This document shows positions 1 through 8,989 of a stretch of 64,000 bases of DNA, in pieces. Source of the DNA: an uncultured Candidatus Actinomarina sp. (lineage in GTDB: Bacteria; Actinomycetota; Acidimicrobiia; Actinomarinales; Actinomarinaceae); NCBI GenBank assembly GCA_902555985.1, contig CACDUI010000003.1:12432-76431 (forward strand), in the 5' to 3' direction. The notes beneath the pieces are model-generated. The model was not told the DNA's origin, ran no database searches, and saw only the letters and a list, made by a program, of their open reading frames with translations. A program made the translations under genes and the position numbers. Position 1 is the first letter of the stretch; each line of letters opens with the position of its first letter.

Positions 1-1
1 A

Positions 2-676
2 ATTATGGATGGAAATGGAAGATGGGCATTAAACCAAGATTTACCACGTACAGCTGGCCATGCAGCAGGGGAACATTCCCTTTCCAGGTCAATAGATTGG
101 GCTATTGAGAATAAATTAGAGTGGTTGACAGTGTATGCTTTTTCAACAGAAAACTGGCTTAGATCAGATGAAGAAGTAGAATTTCTAATGTTTTTCAACA
201 GAGATATTTTGATTAGAAGAAGAGAAGAGTTTAATCAAAAAGGAGTGAAATTTAAATTTTTAGGAGATTTAACTGATTCACAAATACCAGAAGAAAACAA
301 AGAACTTATGAAAGAAACTGAAGAGATAACTCAAAATAATAAAACTTTAAATCTTGTTTTTGCTTTTAATTATGGATCTCATAATGAAATTCATAAAGCT
401 GTCTTAGATCTACATAATGAAAACATATCTAAAAATCTTGAACTTAATGACATAGAAAATAAATTTTATGGTTTTTTTCAATATCCAGACATGCCTTTTC
501 CAGATGCTTTACTTAGGACTGCTGGGGAGAAAAGAATTAGTAATTTTTTGCTATATCAACTTTCATATTCAGAACTTATTTTTATAGATACTTTATGGCC
601 AGATGTAAATGGAGACATATTAGACGATGTGTTACTAGAATTTAACACAAGGAATAGAACATATGGAAGAAACTAA
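2..676 (+). CDS. uppS: Polyprenyl (undecaprenyl/decaprenyl) diphosphate synthase, 5'-truncated by the window edge
   Basis: Motifs IMDGNGRWA, YAFSTENW.R, RTAGEKRISNFLLYQ and R.R.YG. The frame is open at the window start. Confidence 0.95.
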   Translation: MMDGNGRWALNQDLPRTAGHAAGEHSLSRSIDWAIENKLEWLTVYAFSTENWLRSDEEVEFLMFFNRDILIRRREEFNQKGVKFKFLGDLTDSQIPEENKELMKETEEITQNNKTLNLVFAFNYGSHNEIHKAVLDLHNENISKNLELNDIENKFYGFFQYPDMPFPDALLRTAGEKRISNFLLYQLSYSELIFIDTLWPDVNGDILDDVLLEFNTRNRTYGRN

Positions 677-1958
677 CAAAGAGTTATTTGAAAAAGTAGT
701 AAAGATTGCACAAGCAAGGGGCTTTGTTTTCAATGCTTCTTCTATCTATGGTGGGTTACGAAGTTCTTATGATTATGGTCCTCTTGGAGTGTTGCTTAAA
801 AATAATATTTCGAATTATTGGTGGAAAGATATTAATCAGGATAACGAAATATCAGTTTTTCCTGTTGACACAGCTATAATTCAAAGTTCTGAAGTATGGA
901 AGGCATCTGGCCATTTAGCTGAATTCTCAGACCCAATGGTTGATCACAAACCTACTGGTGAAAGATATAGAGCTGATCAAGTACCTAAAGAATTGGATAA
1001 AAAAGATTTAACTGAGCCACGACAATTCAATTTAATGTTTGAAACAAGCATTGGTCCTGTTCAAAATGATAACTCAAATGTTTATTTAAGACCAGAAACC
1101 GCACAGGGCATTTTTGTTAACTTTGAGAATGTTTTAAGGACAATGAGAGCAAAGATTCCTTTTGGTATTGCAAACATTGGAAAATCTTTTAGAAATGAAA
1201 TAACACCTGGGCAATTTATTTTTAGAACTAGAGAATTTGAACAGATGGAGATTGAATTCTTTTGCAAAGAAGAAGATGAGAATAAATGGTTTGATTTTTG
1301 GGTGAACAAGAGAATGGATTGGTATAAATCTATTGGAATTCCAGAGTCTAACTTAAGGCTTAGAGAGCATAGTGATGATGAATTGGCTCATTATGCCTCA
1401 AAAACGGTTGATATTGAGTTTCTGTATCCATGGGGATGGGGTGAGCTTGAGGGCATAGCAAATAGAGGAACATTTGATTTATCTTCTCATGAAAAAGCAA
1501 GTGGGAAAGATTTGTCTTATTTTGATCCTGAAACAAATGAAAAAATAATTCCAACCGTTATAGAGCCAGCAGGAGGATTAACTAGGACACTTTTTGCATT
1601 ACTTTGTTCAAGTTATGATGAGGATGAAGTAAACGATACAACCAGAACTCTATTTCGCTTTGAATTTGATATTGCTCCAATACAAATTGGAATTTTACCA
1701 TTAAGTAAAAAAGATGAATTAATTGAAGTTTCAAATAATATCAAAAATTTATTACAAGAAAGATATAGAACTGAAATTGACGTAACTCAATCAATAGGAA
1801 AAAGGTACAGAAGACAAGACGAAATAGGTACACCATATTGTATTACAGTTGACTTTGAGACTCTAGACGACAAATCTGTGACAATAAGAAACAGAGACTC
1901 AATGGAACAGGAGAGAGTTGCTATTACAGATCTTCTTGATTTTTTCAGTGATATCTAA
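663..1958 (+). CDS. glyQS: Glycine--tRNA ligase, alpha2 type
   Basis: YDYGPLG, LRPETAQG, FRNEITPG.FIFRTREFEQME, ELEGIANR, SIGKRYRRQDEIGTP. Confidence 0.96.
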   Translation: MEETNKELFEKVVKIAQARGFVFNASSIYGGLRSSYDYGPLGVLLKNNISNYWWKDINQDNEISVFPVDTAIIQSSEVWKASGHLAEFSDPMVDHKPTGERYRADQVPKELDKKDLTEPRQFNLMFETSIGPVQNDNSNVYLRPETAQGIFVNFENVLRTMRAKIPFGIANIGKSFRNEITPGQFIFRTREFEQMEIEFFCKEEDENKWFDFWVNKRMDWYKSIGIPESNLRLREHSDDELAHYASKTVDIEFLYPWGWGELEGIANRGTFDLSSHEKASGKDLSYFDPETNEKIIPTVIEPAGGLTRTLFALLCSSYDEDEVNDTTRTLFRFEFDIAPIQIGILPLSKKDELIEVSNNIKNLLQERYRTEIDVTQSIGKRYRRQDEIGTPYCITVDFETLDDKSVTIRNRDSMEQERVAITDLLDFFSDI

Positions 1959-3583
1959 TGGGAATAGCTAGACAGTCTATAGAAGATCTCAAGAAAAGGT
2001 CAAAAATTAGTGACTTTATTCTTTCAACAACATCAGGCAAGTTAAGAGGTACAAAAGGCATGGCCCTGTGTCCATTTCACGGAGAAAAAACTGCGAGTAT
2101 GAGTTTTACAGATGTTGAAAATCTTTTTCACTGTTTTGGATGTAAGGAGGGTGGGGACATTTTCAAATATGTCCAAGAAATAAATAATTTAGAGTTTCAA
2201 GATGCAATAGAGTTTGTAGCAGAAAAATATGGATTCAAATTAACTTATACACAAAGTAATGAAAATAATGACTTTAAAGTGTATCAAGAAAAGATAGATT
2301 TAATCAGTAACTATTTTTTAGAAACAATGGAATCTGATAAATCTAAAGATGCAAAAGTGTACTTAAAAAGTAGAAAATATGACAACAGTGACATAAAGAA
2401 ATATGCCATCTCCTTTGTTAGTAAAGATGAAGAGAGCTTTAATAAATTTTGTAAATTGAATGATATTACTAAAGATGATCTCAAGAGACTTGGGTTCATC
2501 AGTAGCAATGGCAACATGCTTTTTAAAAATAGAATAATGTTTCCAATTCTAAGTTTTAGAAATGATATTATTGCTTTTGGTGGAAGATCCATAGATGACT
2601 TTGGACCTAAGTATTTAAATTCTTCAGATTCAGTACTTTATAAAAAAAATAGGAATCTCTACTTTACCAATGATTTCATAAGTGCAACGAAAAAGAAGGG
2701 ATATGCAATTCTAGTTGAAGGTTATTTTGACGTTTTATCTTTAAATAAGTTAGGTTACGCAAATGCAGCATCCCCATCTGGTACTGCATTAACACATCAG
2801 CAATTAGAATCTGTCTCACGGTATACAAATAAAATACTTATTTGTTTTGACAACGATGAAGCAGGATTAAAAGCAACAGAAAGAGTTTTAGATATTAAAA
2901 ACCAAGTTTCAAAACAGCTTGAAATCCATTGTTTAAATCTTCCATCTGACTACAAAGATATATCGGAAGTTTATGAATTAAAACCAGACACTTTTAATGA
3001 AATATTGAAAAAAAATGATGAAATTGTTGAATATTTATTAACTAAATTTCTAAAAGAAGATTCTAATAAAAAAAATGTTTTCAATTATTTTCGTAAAATC
3101 ACAAACAAATTGAGTCCTCTAGAAGTAGATATTGCATTAGATTTGCTATCTAATAAGCTAAGCACTGAAAAAGAAATTCTTAAAAGAGAGCTTAACTTTC
3201 AAACAGAGAATGACGTTGTACAAGTGAATGAAACTTCTATAGATTCTGTTTCCATTTTTCAAGATATCGTAACTTCAAATATTGTTAAGAATAATTTTGA
3301 AATATTAGAGGAAGAAAAAGAAATTCTGTCATTAAATAATGAGTATGCAAACCTAATAAATTCTCTAAAAAAAGACAAAAATCAAAGCAAAGAGTATCTG
3401 AATGTATCTTTTTTACAAGATCAATATGAAGAGGCTATTGTACGACTGTTCCTTCATTTTGCAAATATAGAAATTGAAAATTTAATAAATAAATTTGAAC
3501 AAGAAGAGAGCAAAGATTTTTCACTATTGCAACAGGTTGAAGACTTAAAAAAGAAAAAAGAAATTTATCAGAATACTATTTGA
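1958..3583 (+). CDS. dnaG: DNA primase
   Basis: CHC2 zinc finger CPFH..KT.S...CFGC, AFGGR, PKYLNS, TOPRIM motifs VEGYFDV and CFDNDEAG. Confidence 0.96.
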   Translation: MGIARQSIEDLKKRSKISDFILSTTSGKLRGTKGMALCPFHGEKTASMSFTDVENLFHCFGCKEGGDIFKYVQEINNLEFQDAIEFVAEKYGFKLTYTQSNENNDFKVYQEKIDLISNYFLETMESDKSKDAKVYLKSRKYDNSDIKKYAISFVSKDEESFNKFCKLNDITKDDLKRLGFISSNGNMLFKNRIMFPILSFRNDIIAFGGRSIDDFGPKYLNSSDSVLYKKNRNLYFTNDFISATKKKGYAILVEGYFDVLSLNKLGYANAASPSGTALTHQQLESVSRYTNKILICFDNDEAGLKATERVLDIKNQVSKQLEIHCLNLPSDYKDISEVYELKPDTFNEILKKNDEIVEYLLTKFLKEDSNKKNVFNYFRKITNKLSPLEVDIALDLLSNKLSTEKEILKRELNFQTENDVVQVNETSIDSVSIFQDIVTSNIVKNNFEILEEEKEILSLNNEYANLINSLKKDKNQSKEYLNVSFLQDQYEEAIVRLFLHFANIEIENLINKFEQEESKDFSLLQQVEDLKKKKEIYQNTI

Positions 3584-3606
3584 TTCCTAGTAATATTAAT
3601 TTGCTA

Positions 3607-3682
3607 TCCGAGGTAGCTCAATTGGCAGAGCAGCGGACTGTTAATCCGTTGGTTGTGGGTTCAAGTCCCACCCTCGGAGCCA
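3607..3682 (+). tRNA. tRNA-Asn (GTT), CCA encoded
   Basis: Acceptor TCCGAGG/CCTCGGA, D-arm AGCTCAATTGGCAGAGC, anticodon arm GCGGA-CTGTTAA-TCCGT, T-loop GGTTCAAGTCC, ends GCCA. Confidence 0.97.
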
Positions 3683-3724
3683 TACAATAAATTTGTCACT
3701 ATAATTAGAGTGAATGGAGGAATA

Positions 3725-4012
3725 ATGGATTTAGTAGCAATAGTAAAAGAAAGAGCTGAAGGAAAAGACCTAAGTGTTTTGGGAGGATCAGTGAAGTTTG
3801 TCGTTGATGAAAATGTAGTTCTGATAGATGGAAATAGTGGTGAAATATCATCAGATGATAATGAAGCTACATGCACAATCTCAACAGATGCTGATACCAT
3901 GCAATCAATAATGGATGGTTCTTCAAGTCCACAAGCTGCTTTCATGACTGGTAAATTAAAAGTTGCTGGAGATATGAGCATTGCACTTAAAGTTCAATCT
4001 GTAATATCTTAA
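3725..4012 (+). CDS. SCP2 sterol/lipid-binding domain protein (95 aa)
   Basis: C-terminal SPQAAFMTGKLKVAGDMSIALK is the SCP2 signature. GGAGG Shine-Dalgarno at 3716-3720 precedes ATG 3725; the track start at 3653 lies inside the tRNA. Confidence 0.88.
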   Translation: MDLVAIVKERAEGKDLSVLGGSVKFVVDENVVLIDGNSGEISSDDNEATCTISTDADTMQSIMDGSSSPQAAFMTGKLKVAGDMSIALKVQSVIS

Positions 4013-4020
4013 AATAATTA

Positions 4021-4094
4021 GGGCCTGTAGCTCAGTTGGTTAGAGCAACGGACTCATAATCCGTCGGTCGCAGGTTCGAGTCCTGCCGGGCCCA
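4021..4094 (+). tRNA. tRNA with CAT anticodon, probably tRNA-Ile2 (lysidine) rather than Met; CCA not encoded
   Basis: Acceptor GGGCCTG/CGGGCCC, anticodon arm ACGGA-CTCATAA-TCCGT, T-loop GGTTCGAGTCC. It lacks initiator features, and a tRNA-Asn/tRNA(CAT) pair after dnaG matches actinobacterial synteny. Confidence 0.9.
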
Positions 4095-4096
4095 CA

Positions 4097-6076
4097 ATGA
4101 GTGAAAATGCAAAATTGATAAAAATGAATTCACGAATTATAGGAACAATTTTTGCATTGACTCTTTTAATACCCCCAAATATAGGAATAGATTTTTTTGG
4201 AATCAGCTTTGAAGACATACCATTAATATTTGTTTTCTTTTATTTACTTACTAAAAAAATTAGAAAATATGAAATTAAAAAATTTGATAGAGCCTATTTA
4301 TTTTTTATTATTTTCTTTGTTTTATATACAAGTTTTTTAGTTGACGAGGTAAAAATATTTAATCAAACAAATCTTAGGTTCTATTTTTACTTTAGTCTTG
4401 TATATTTATGTATCGATTTTCTTAACAAAAATAATGATAAAATAATAGAATTTTTTGAACCAATTTCAATTGTGATGATTGCAAATTTTCTTTTAATTCT
4501 CTTTCAAATACCTCTCCCAGGAACTATAGATGGTTGGATTTCAAACAATACCGTCAGTATGAACATATTTGCTTCTGGTAGGTTAGGAGGTATTCAAGGT
4601 GGCGGTCCAAATGTAATTGGAATTTTCTGCGCAATATATTCAGTTATTTGCTTGTTTAAAATATTAAATGATAAGGATTCTAAAAAATATTTTATTGAAA
4701 ACAAAACAAATACCTTCTTGCTTATAATCTCATTGATAAATTTACTTTTTACATTTTCAAGAGGATCTTTTCTTGCCTTAGTTGTTGGTATGTTTTCTTT
4801 ATTGATTTTTACTGAAAAATACAGTAGAAGTTTTAAATATAAGATAGTAATAATCTCAACTTTATTTGGAGTCATAGCAATATATATTTTCCCATCTATA
4901 TTTTTAAAAGAATCAAATCGAAGTTTTTTAAATAGCTTGGGATTACAAAATGCTGAAATATTCATTGGTGTTGGGGGTGGGAATTATATTAAAAGTGTTT
5001 ATAAAGATTACTTAATTACTTTAGAAGATGATGTTTTAATTGAACAATTTAATATTTCATATTCAGAAAGAGAAAATGTGTTAGAAAGTGTTAATAATGA
5101 AAAATCGTTACCTGCTCCTGTTGAGGGATATCTTAAATTAAAATTTGATTATCAAGATAATTTTTTACCAAGGTCAACTATATCTTTTCATTATTCCGAT
5201 GATGGAGTCAGTTGGAAGCAGCTTGGGTCAAATCACACAAACGGTGTAATAATAGATCTAATTGAGAATGATTCTTATTTTGAAGTTGGTGGATGGGGAG
5301 ATGGACAATCACCTGGAGGTCAGTATTTAAGTGGTTTTTTGAATAAAGTAATTATTCAGACAGATGAGTATAATCGTGAATTTACATTTTCAAAAGGAAA
5401 TAGAGATGAAGATTATTACCTTCTTACTCCTGAGTTTAGAAATGAATATGAAAATAACGTTGAATTTAAAAATAATTCAATTCGTCTAGATCGCCCAAGA
5501 GACTACTGGGTTGCATTACCTAACGAAGTAAACTTATCTGGTAAAGATTTTGAAATTTTAATAGATTTAAATCTTGATTCTATACCAAAAGGCCACGAGA
5601 CTCTCTTTAGTCAAAGTTCTATATTGAGATTAAATGAAGAATTTAATGATCAATCATGGAAGTGGTCAATTATTGATGGTCGGATGTACTTTTTCTGGAT
5701 TGAAGAAGTTATATCGGGATATTCAAATTTTGTTGGTGGCCAGAGTTTAAGATCTGGAAAGCTTATTTCAAATAATGGAAAATTTGACTCTATCATTTCA
5801 AACTTTTCACTTTCTCAATATGATGAAATTACAACCTCACATAATGGATTTCTTACTATGGCTGTAGAGTATGGTTCATTTCTAATATTATTAATTTTAA
5901 TTTTTGTAGTTTTTTTAATTATGAGAAATTTTAATAAATCAAATAAACTAGAAATTTCATTAATTCTTATGTTTTTGGTTCAAAACACTACAAATGATCT
6001 TGTTTATGCGCCTGATGTAGCAATATATTTTTGGATTGTCCCTTTTTATTTTTTATCCAGTGTTTTTAAAGATTAG
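4097..6076 (+). CDS. O-antigen ligase/Wzy-like membrane protein with a large extracytoplasmic insert (alternative start 4124)
   Basis: Multiple TM segments with GR.GG..GGPN, TFSRGS, GVGGG and SHNGFL..AVEYG motifs; about 290 aa separate the GxG and HN motifs. Confidence 0.8.
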   Translation: MSENAKLIKMNSRIIGTIFALTLLIPPNIGIDFFGISFEDIPLIFVFFYLLTKKIRKYEIKKFDRAYLFFIIFFVLYTSFLVDEVKIFNQTNLRFYFYFSLVYLCIDFLNKNNDKIIEFFEPISIVMIANFLLILFQIPLPGTIDGWISNNTVSMNIFASGRLGGIQGGGPNVIGIFCAIYSVICLFKILNDKDSKKYFIENKTNTFLLIISLINLLFTFSRGSFLALVVGMFSLLIFTEKYSRSFKYKIVIISTLFGVIAIYIFPSIFLKESNRSFLNSLGLQNAEIFIGVGGGNYIKSVYKDYLITLEDDVLIEQFNISYSERENVLESVNNEKSLPAPVEGYLKLKFDYQDNFLPRSTISFHYSDDGVSWKQLGSNHTNGVIIDLIENDSYFEVGGWGDGQSPGGQYLSGFLNKVIIQTDEYNREFTFSKGNRDEDYYLLTPEFRNEYENNVEFKNNSIRLDRPRDYWVALPNEVNLSGKDFEILIDLNLDSIPKGHETLFSQSSILRLNEEFNDQSWKWSIIDGRMYFFWIEEVISGYSNFVGGQSLRSGKLISNNGKFDSIISNFSLSQYDEITTSHNGFLTMAVEYGSFLILLILIFVVFLIMRNFNKSNKLEISLILMFLVQNTTNDLVYAPDVAIYFWIVPFYFLSSVFKD

Positions 6077-7203
6077 GAGTTTTTCAATCCCTCAAGTTCT
6101 GCATAATCTGTAAAATTTTCAGTTATGATTAAAACTTGTCTACCATCATCTAATTCGTAAGGTTTAACTGGAATTGACAATTTATTAATATCCGATAAAT
6201 TAGATTCTCTAAAATTCCACAATATATTGACAGCATTATTTAAGGATAAATTTTCGTCAATAACAAATGCATCCTCTAAAGTATTTATCAAAGTAGTTAG
6301 TTCACCCAATGATCTAAAATTTTTAATTTCTTCCAAAAGTTGTAAAATTATATATTGCTGCCTATCGTTTCTTGACAAATCACTAACACCCTCCATTTTT
6401 TCCCATTCAGAAATATCGTTTCCATTTTTATCAATAACTTTTTCCCCAACAAGAACTTCTGTGTTTCTAGATACAACCCAATTAAGTGCAGTCAATCCCT
6501 TAACAGTTTGACATCCTTTTTGTAATTCAAAGGAAAAACCTTCTCGCTGAGTTTTTTCAACGCAGATTTCAATACCACCAAAAGAATCAATTATTTTCTC
6601 AAATCCCTCAAAATTAAAACTAGCAAAATGATTAACAGTTAAGCCAGTAAGTATCTGAATATTTGCAGCTAAATTTTCTGCGCTATTACCACAGTCATTT
6701 TTAGAAAATGTGGAGTTGATTCTTGCAATTGATTGAGTACATGAATTTTTAATAAGTAAATCTCTTGGTATTGAAAGAAGATACTGATCTGAGGTCTCCT
6801 CATTGATTATTCCAAGAATTATAACGTCCGCTCGTTGTCCATCAACATAACCTCTGGAAGCTGATGAATTAGTTGTTCTTTTATCTGATCCGATAATTAA
6901 GTATGTAGTGAAGTTTTCTAATGAAGTATTTGCAATTGTAAACTTGATTAATTCTTGTGCTGTATTTTCATCAACGATTTCAATTGATTCTTCTATATCT
7001 TCACTGTTTATTTCTTTAGGATCTTCGACATTATTATTTGTTTGTACAGTTGTGGAAGTAGTTGTAATTCCTTTTGATATATCCTCAATTACATCTGGGT
7101 CAAACTCAGTAGTTTCAAAGCTTGGTATTAAAAAAGAATAAGCCAAGCCTCCTATAGCAAAAATAATTATAAATAATAACAGGTATCTTTTTTGATTATC
7201 CAT
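6073..7203 (-). CDS. LytR-CpsA-Psr (LCP) glycopolymer-to-wall transferase
   Basis: N-terminal TM, Thr-rich stalk, IIGSDKR, RADVI, SIPRDL, RIN, FEGFEKIIDSFGGI, DLSRNDRQQ. ATG at 7203; TTG at 7209 is an alternative. Confidence 0.92.
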   Translation of the reverse strand: MDNQKRYLLLFIIIFAIGGLAYSFLIPSFETTEFDPDVIEDISKGITTTSTTVQTNNNVEDPKEINSEDIEESIEIVDENTAQELIKFTIANTSLENFTTYLIIGSDKRTTNSSASRGYVDGQRADVIILGIINEETSDQYLLSIPRDLLIKNSCTQSIARINSTFSKNDCGNSAENLAANIQILTGLTVNHFASFNFEGFEKIIDSFGGIEICVEKTQREGFSFELQKGCQTVKGLTALNWVVSRNTEVLVGEKVIDKNGNDISEWEKMEGVSDLSRNDRQQYIILQLLEEIKNFRSLGELTTLINTLEDAFVIDENLSLNNAVNILWNFRESNLSDINKLSIPVKPYELDDGRQVLIITENFTDYAELEGLKNS

Positions 7204-7243
7204 ATTCAATCAAATTAAGAGTATAACCATATAATATATAATT

Positions 7244-7966
7244 GTGACAAAAATCAAATGTGTTATTGCTGCTGGAGGTCTTGGTACGAGGCTTCAAGGG
7301 TTTAGGCAAAATGATAAAACAAAAATCTTAATTGAAGTTAATGGTACCCCCATGATAAATCGTCAAATTCATCAGATAGCCAAATGGGGGATAGAAGAAT
7401 TTATTATAATTACGAATCCAGACTTTGATGAAATAATCAGAGAAGTTACAAGTAAAGAATTTCCAGATTTAAATATTAATTACTCTATTCAAGAATCACC
7501 AAAAGGTATTTCACATGCTTTTTCAAAGGCTGAAAAATTTGTCAACAAAGACGATATATTGATACTAGTTTTAGGAGATAATTTTTTTGGTGAGAATCCC
7601 TTGTTAGATGTTGATTTTTCAAAGCTTGAAAAAAATAAAGGTAGCATCATTTTTACTAAAGATGTAGACAATCCGAATGAGTTTGGAGTTGCAGAAGTAG
7701 ATAAAAATGGAAAAGTATTAGATATTCAAGAAAAACCTAATAATCCAAAAAGTAATCTTGCAGTTGTAGGTATATATATTTTTGACCATCTGGCTATAGA
7801 TAATATTAACCTTTTGAAACCTTCAAAAAGAGGTGAGTATGAAATAACAGATTTGATAAATATTTATATTAATCAAGATAAATGTTCAAATATTGAACTT
7901 TCTAGTTGGTGGATTGATGCTGGAACGCCCGAAAGGATACTAGACCTTGAAACTAGATTACTTTAA
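7244..7966 (+). CDS. Sugar-1-phosphate nucleotidyltransferase (RmlA-like, short form)
   Basis: AAGGLGTRL, Q..P.G, LGDN, FGVAE, EKP, PS.RGEYEITD, WIDAGT. Confidence 0.9.
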   Translation: MTKIKCVIAAGGLGTRLQGFRQNDKTKILIEVNGTPMINRQIHQIAKWGIEEFIIITNPDFDEIIREVTSKEFPDLNINYSIQESPKGISHAFSKAEKFVNKDDILILVLGDNFFGENPLLDVDFSKLEKNKGSIIFTKDVDNPNEFGVAEVDKNGKVLDIQEKPNNPKSNLAVVGIYIFDHLAIDNINLLKPSKRGEYEITDLINIYINQDKCSNIELSSWWIDAGTPERILDLETRLL

Positions 7967-8989
7967 AATATCAAGTTTTTTAATATAGTTAAATAGAAAT
8001 AGAAACTGCACTAGATAAGCCATAAGAGCAATCATTGAAAAAACATTATTTAAAAAAACATATCCTAAAATTATAAAAAAATTGAAAATACTGTAAATTT
8101 TGAATATTAACAAAACTTTTTTTTCAGAAAAGCCTGTCGCAAGAAGTCTATGAGAGATATGATCAGTTCCGCCAGTAGTAGGTGAAACGCCTCTTTTATA
8201 CCTTCCTTCCAAGATAATTAAGAAATCTAATAAAGGGATAGTAAAAAATAATATTAATGGACTTAATGTATAGCTAAGAGTATATTGTTGACCACTGTTC
8301 CATGTAAATAAAATACTAAGAAACCCTAAACAAAAACCTATAAATAAACTTCCTGAATCACCCAGGTATAATTTTGCAGGTGGGAAATTAAATATAAAGA
8401 ATCCCAATAATACAAAAAGTAAAACTACAGATATATCTGTCAACTTATTTTGATTTAGAACATAAGTAAGGATTATTGATTGGTAACAAATACTTCCAGT
8501 AACAACCACAGCAAGACCATCCATATTATCTATAAAATTAATCGCATTAATTAATAAGACTATCCATAGAATTGATCCAAAATAATTTATTAAATTGTTA
8601 AAGTCAAAATTTAATAGTGATTCTATATTTAAGAATATATCTAAATTAATGATTGGAACAGCTACAAACAAAAATTGAAAGAAAAGTTTAGTTTTCCATT
8701 TTAAATTAAAAAAATCATCTACAGCACCTACAACAGAAAGCATTAATGCAAAGAAACCAATTAAAGCAAAATTATAATTAGCATCACCTAAGAAACTAAC
8801 ACCTATAAAAAAAGCAATAGCAGTCGAAATACCCCCTAAGGGAGGAATATTTTTATCTTTTAATCTTTGTTCATTTTTATCTGATGCTTTTTTAAATTTA
8901 AATGATTTTGTTATATGCAAAATACCCCAATTTAGTATTCCAGATAGAATAAAAGTTAAAATTGCTGTGTAATAAATATTTAGCTGCAT
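7958..8989 (-). CDS. MraY-family (WecA/TagO-like) polyprenyl-phosphate GlcNAc-1-P transferase
   Basis: P.LGG, GAVDD, NAINFIDNMDGL, FNFPPAKLYLGDSGS, DHISHRL; polytopic membrane protein. Confidence 0.92.
   Translation of the reverse strand: MQLNIYYTAILTFILSGILNWGILHITKSFKFKKASDKNEQRLKDKNIPPLGGISTAIAFFIGVSFLGDANYNFALIGFFALMLSVVGAVDDFFNLKWKTKLFFQFLFVAVPIINLDIFLNIESLLNFDFNNLINYFGSILWIVLLINAINFIDNMDGLAVVVTGSICYQSIILTYVLNQNKLTDISVVLLFVLLGFFIFNFPPAKLYLGDSGSLFIGFCLGFLSILFTWNSGQQYTLSYTLSPLILFFTIPLLDFLIILEGRYKRGVSPTTGGTDHISHRLLATGFSEKKVLLIFKIYSIFNFFIILGYVFLNNVFSMIALMAYLVQFLFLFNYIKKLDILK

Noticed and set aside
600..700. T-box or other leader before glyQS
   Set aside because: glyQS overlaps uppS, leaving no room for a leader
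3653..3724. N-terminal extension of the SCP2 ORF in the track
   Set aside because: It overlaps tRNA-Asn; the SD-supported ATG is at 3725
4021..4094. Initiator tRNA-fMet
   Set aside because: G1-C72 is paired and the anticodon stem lacks three consecutive G-C pairs
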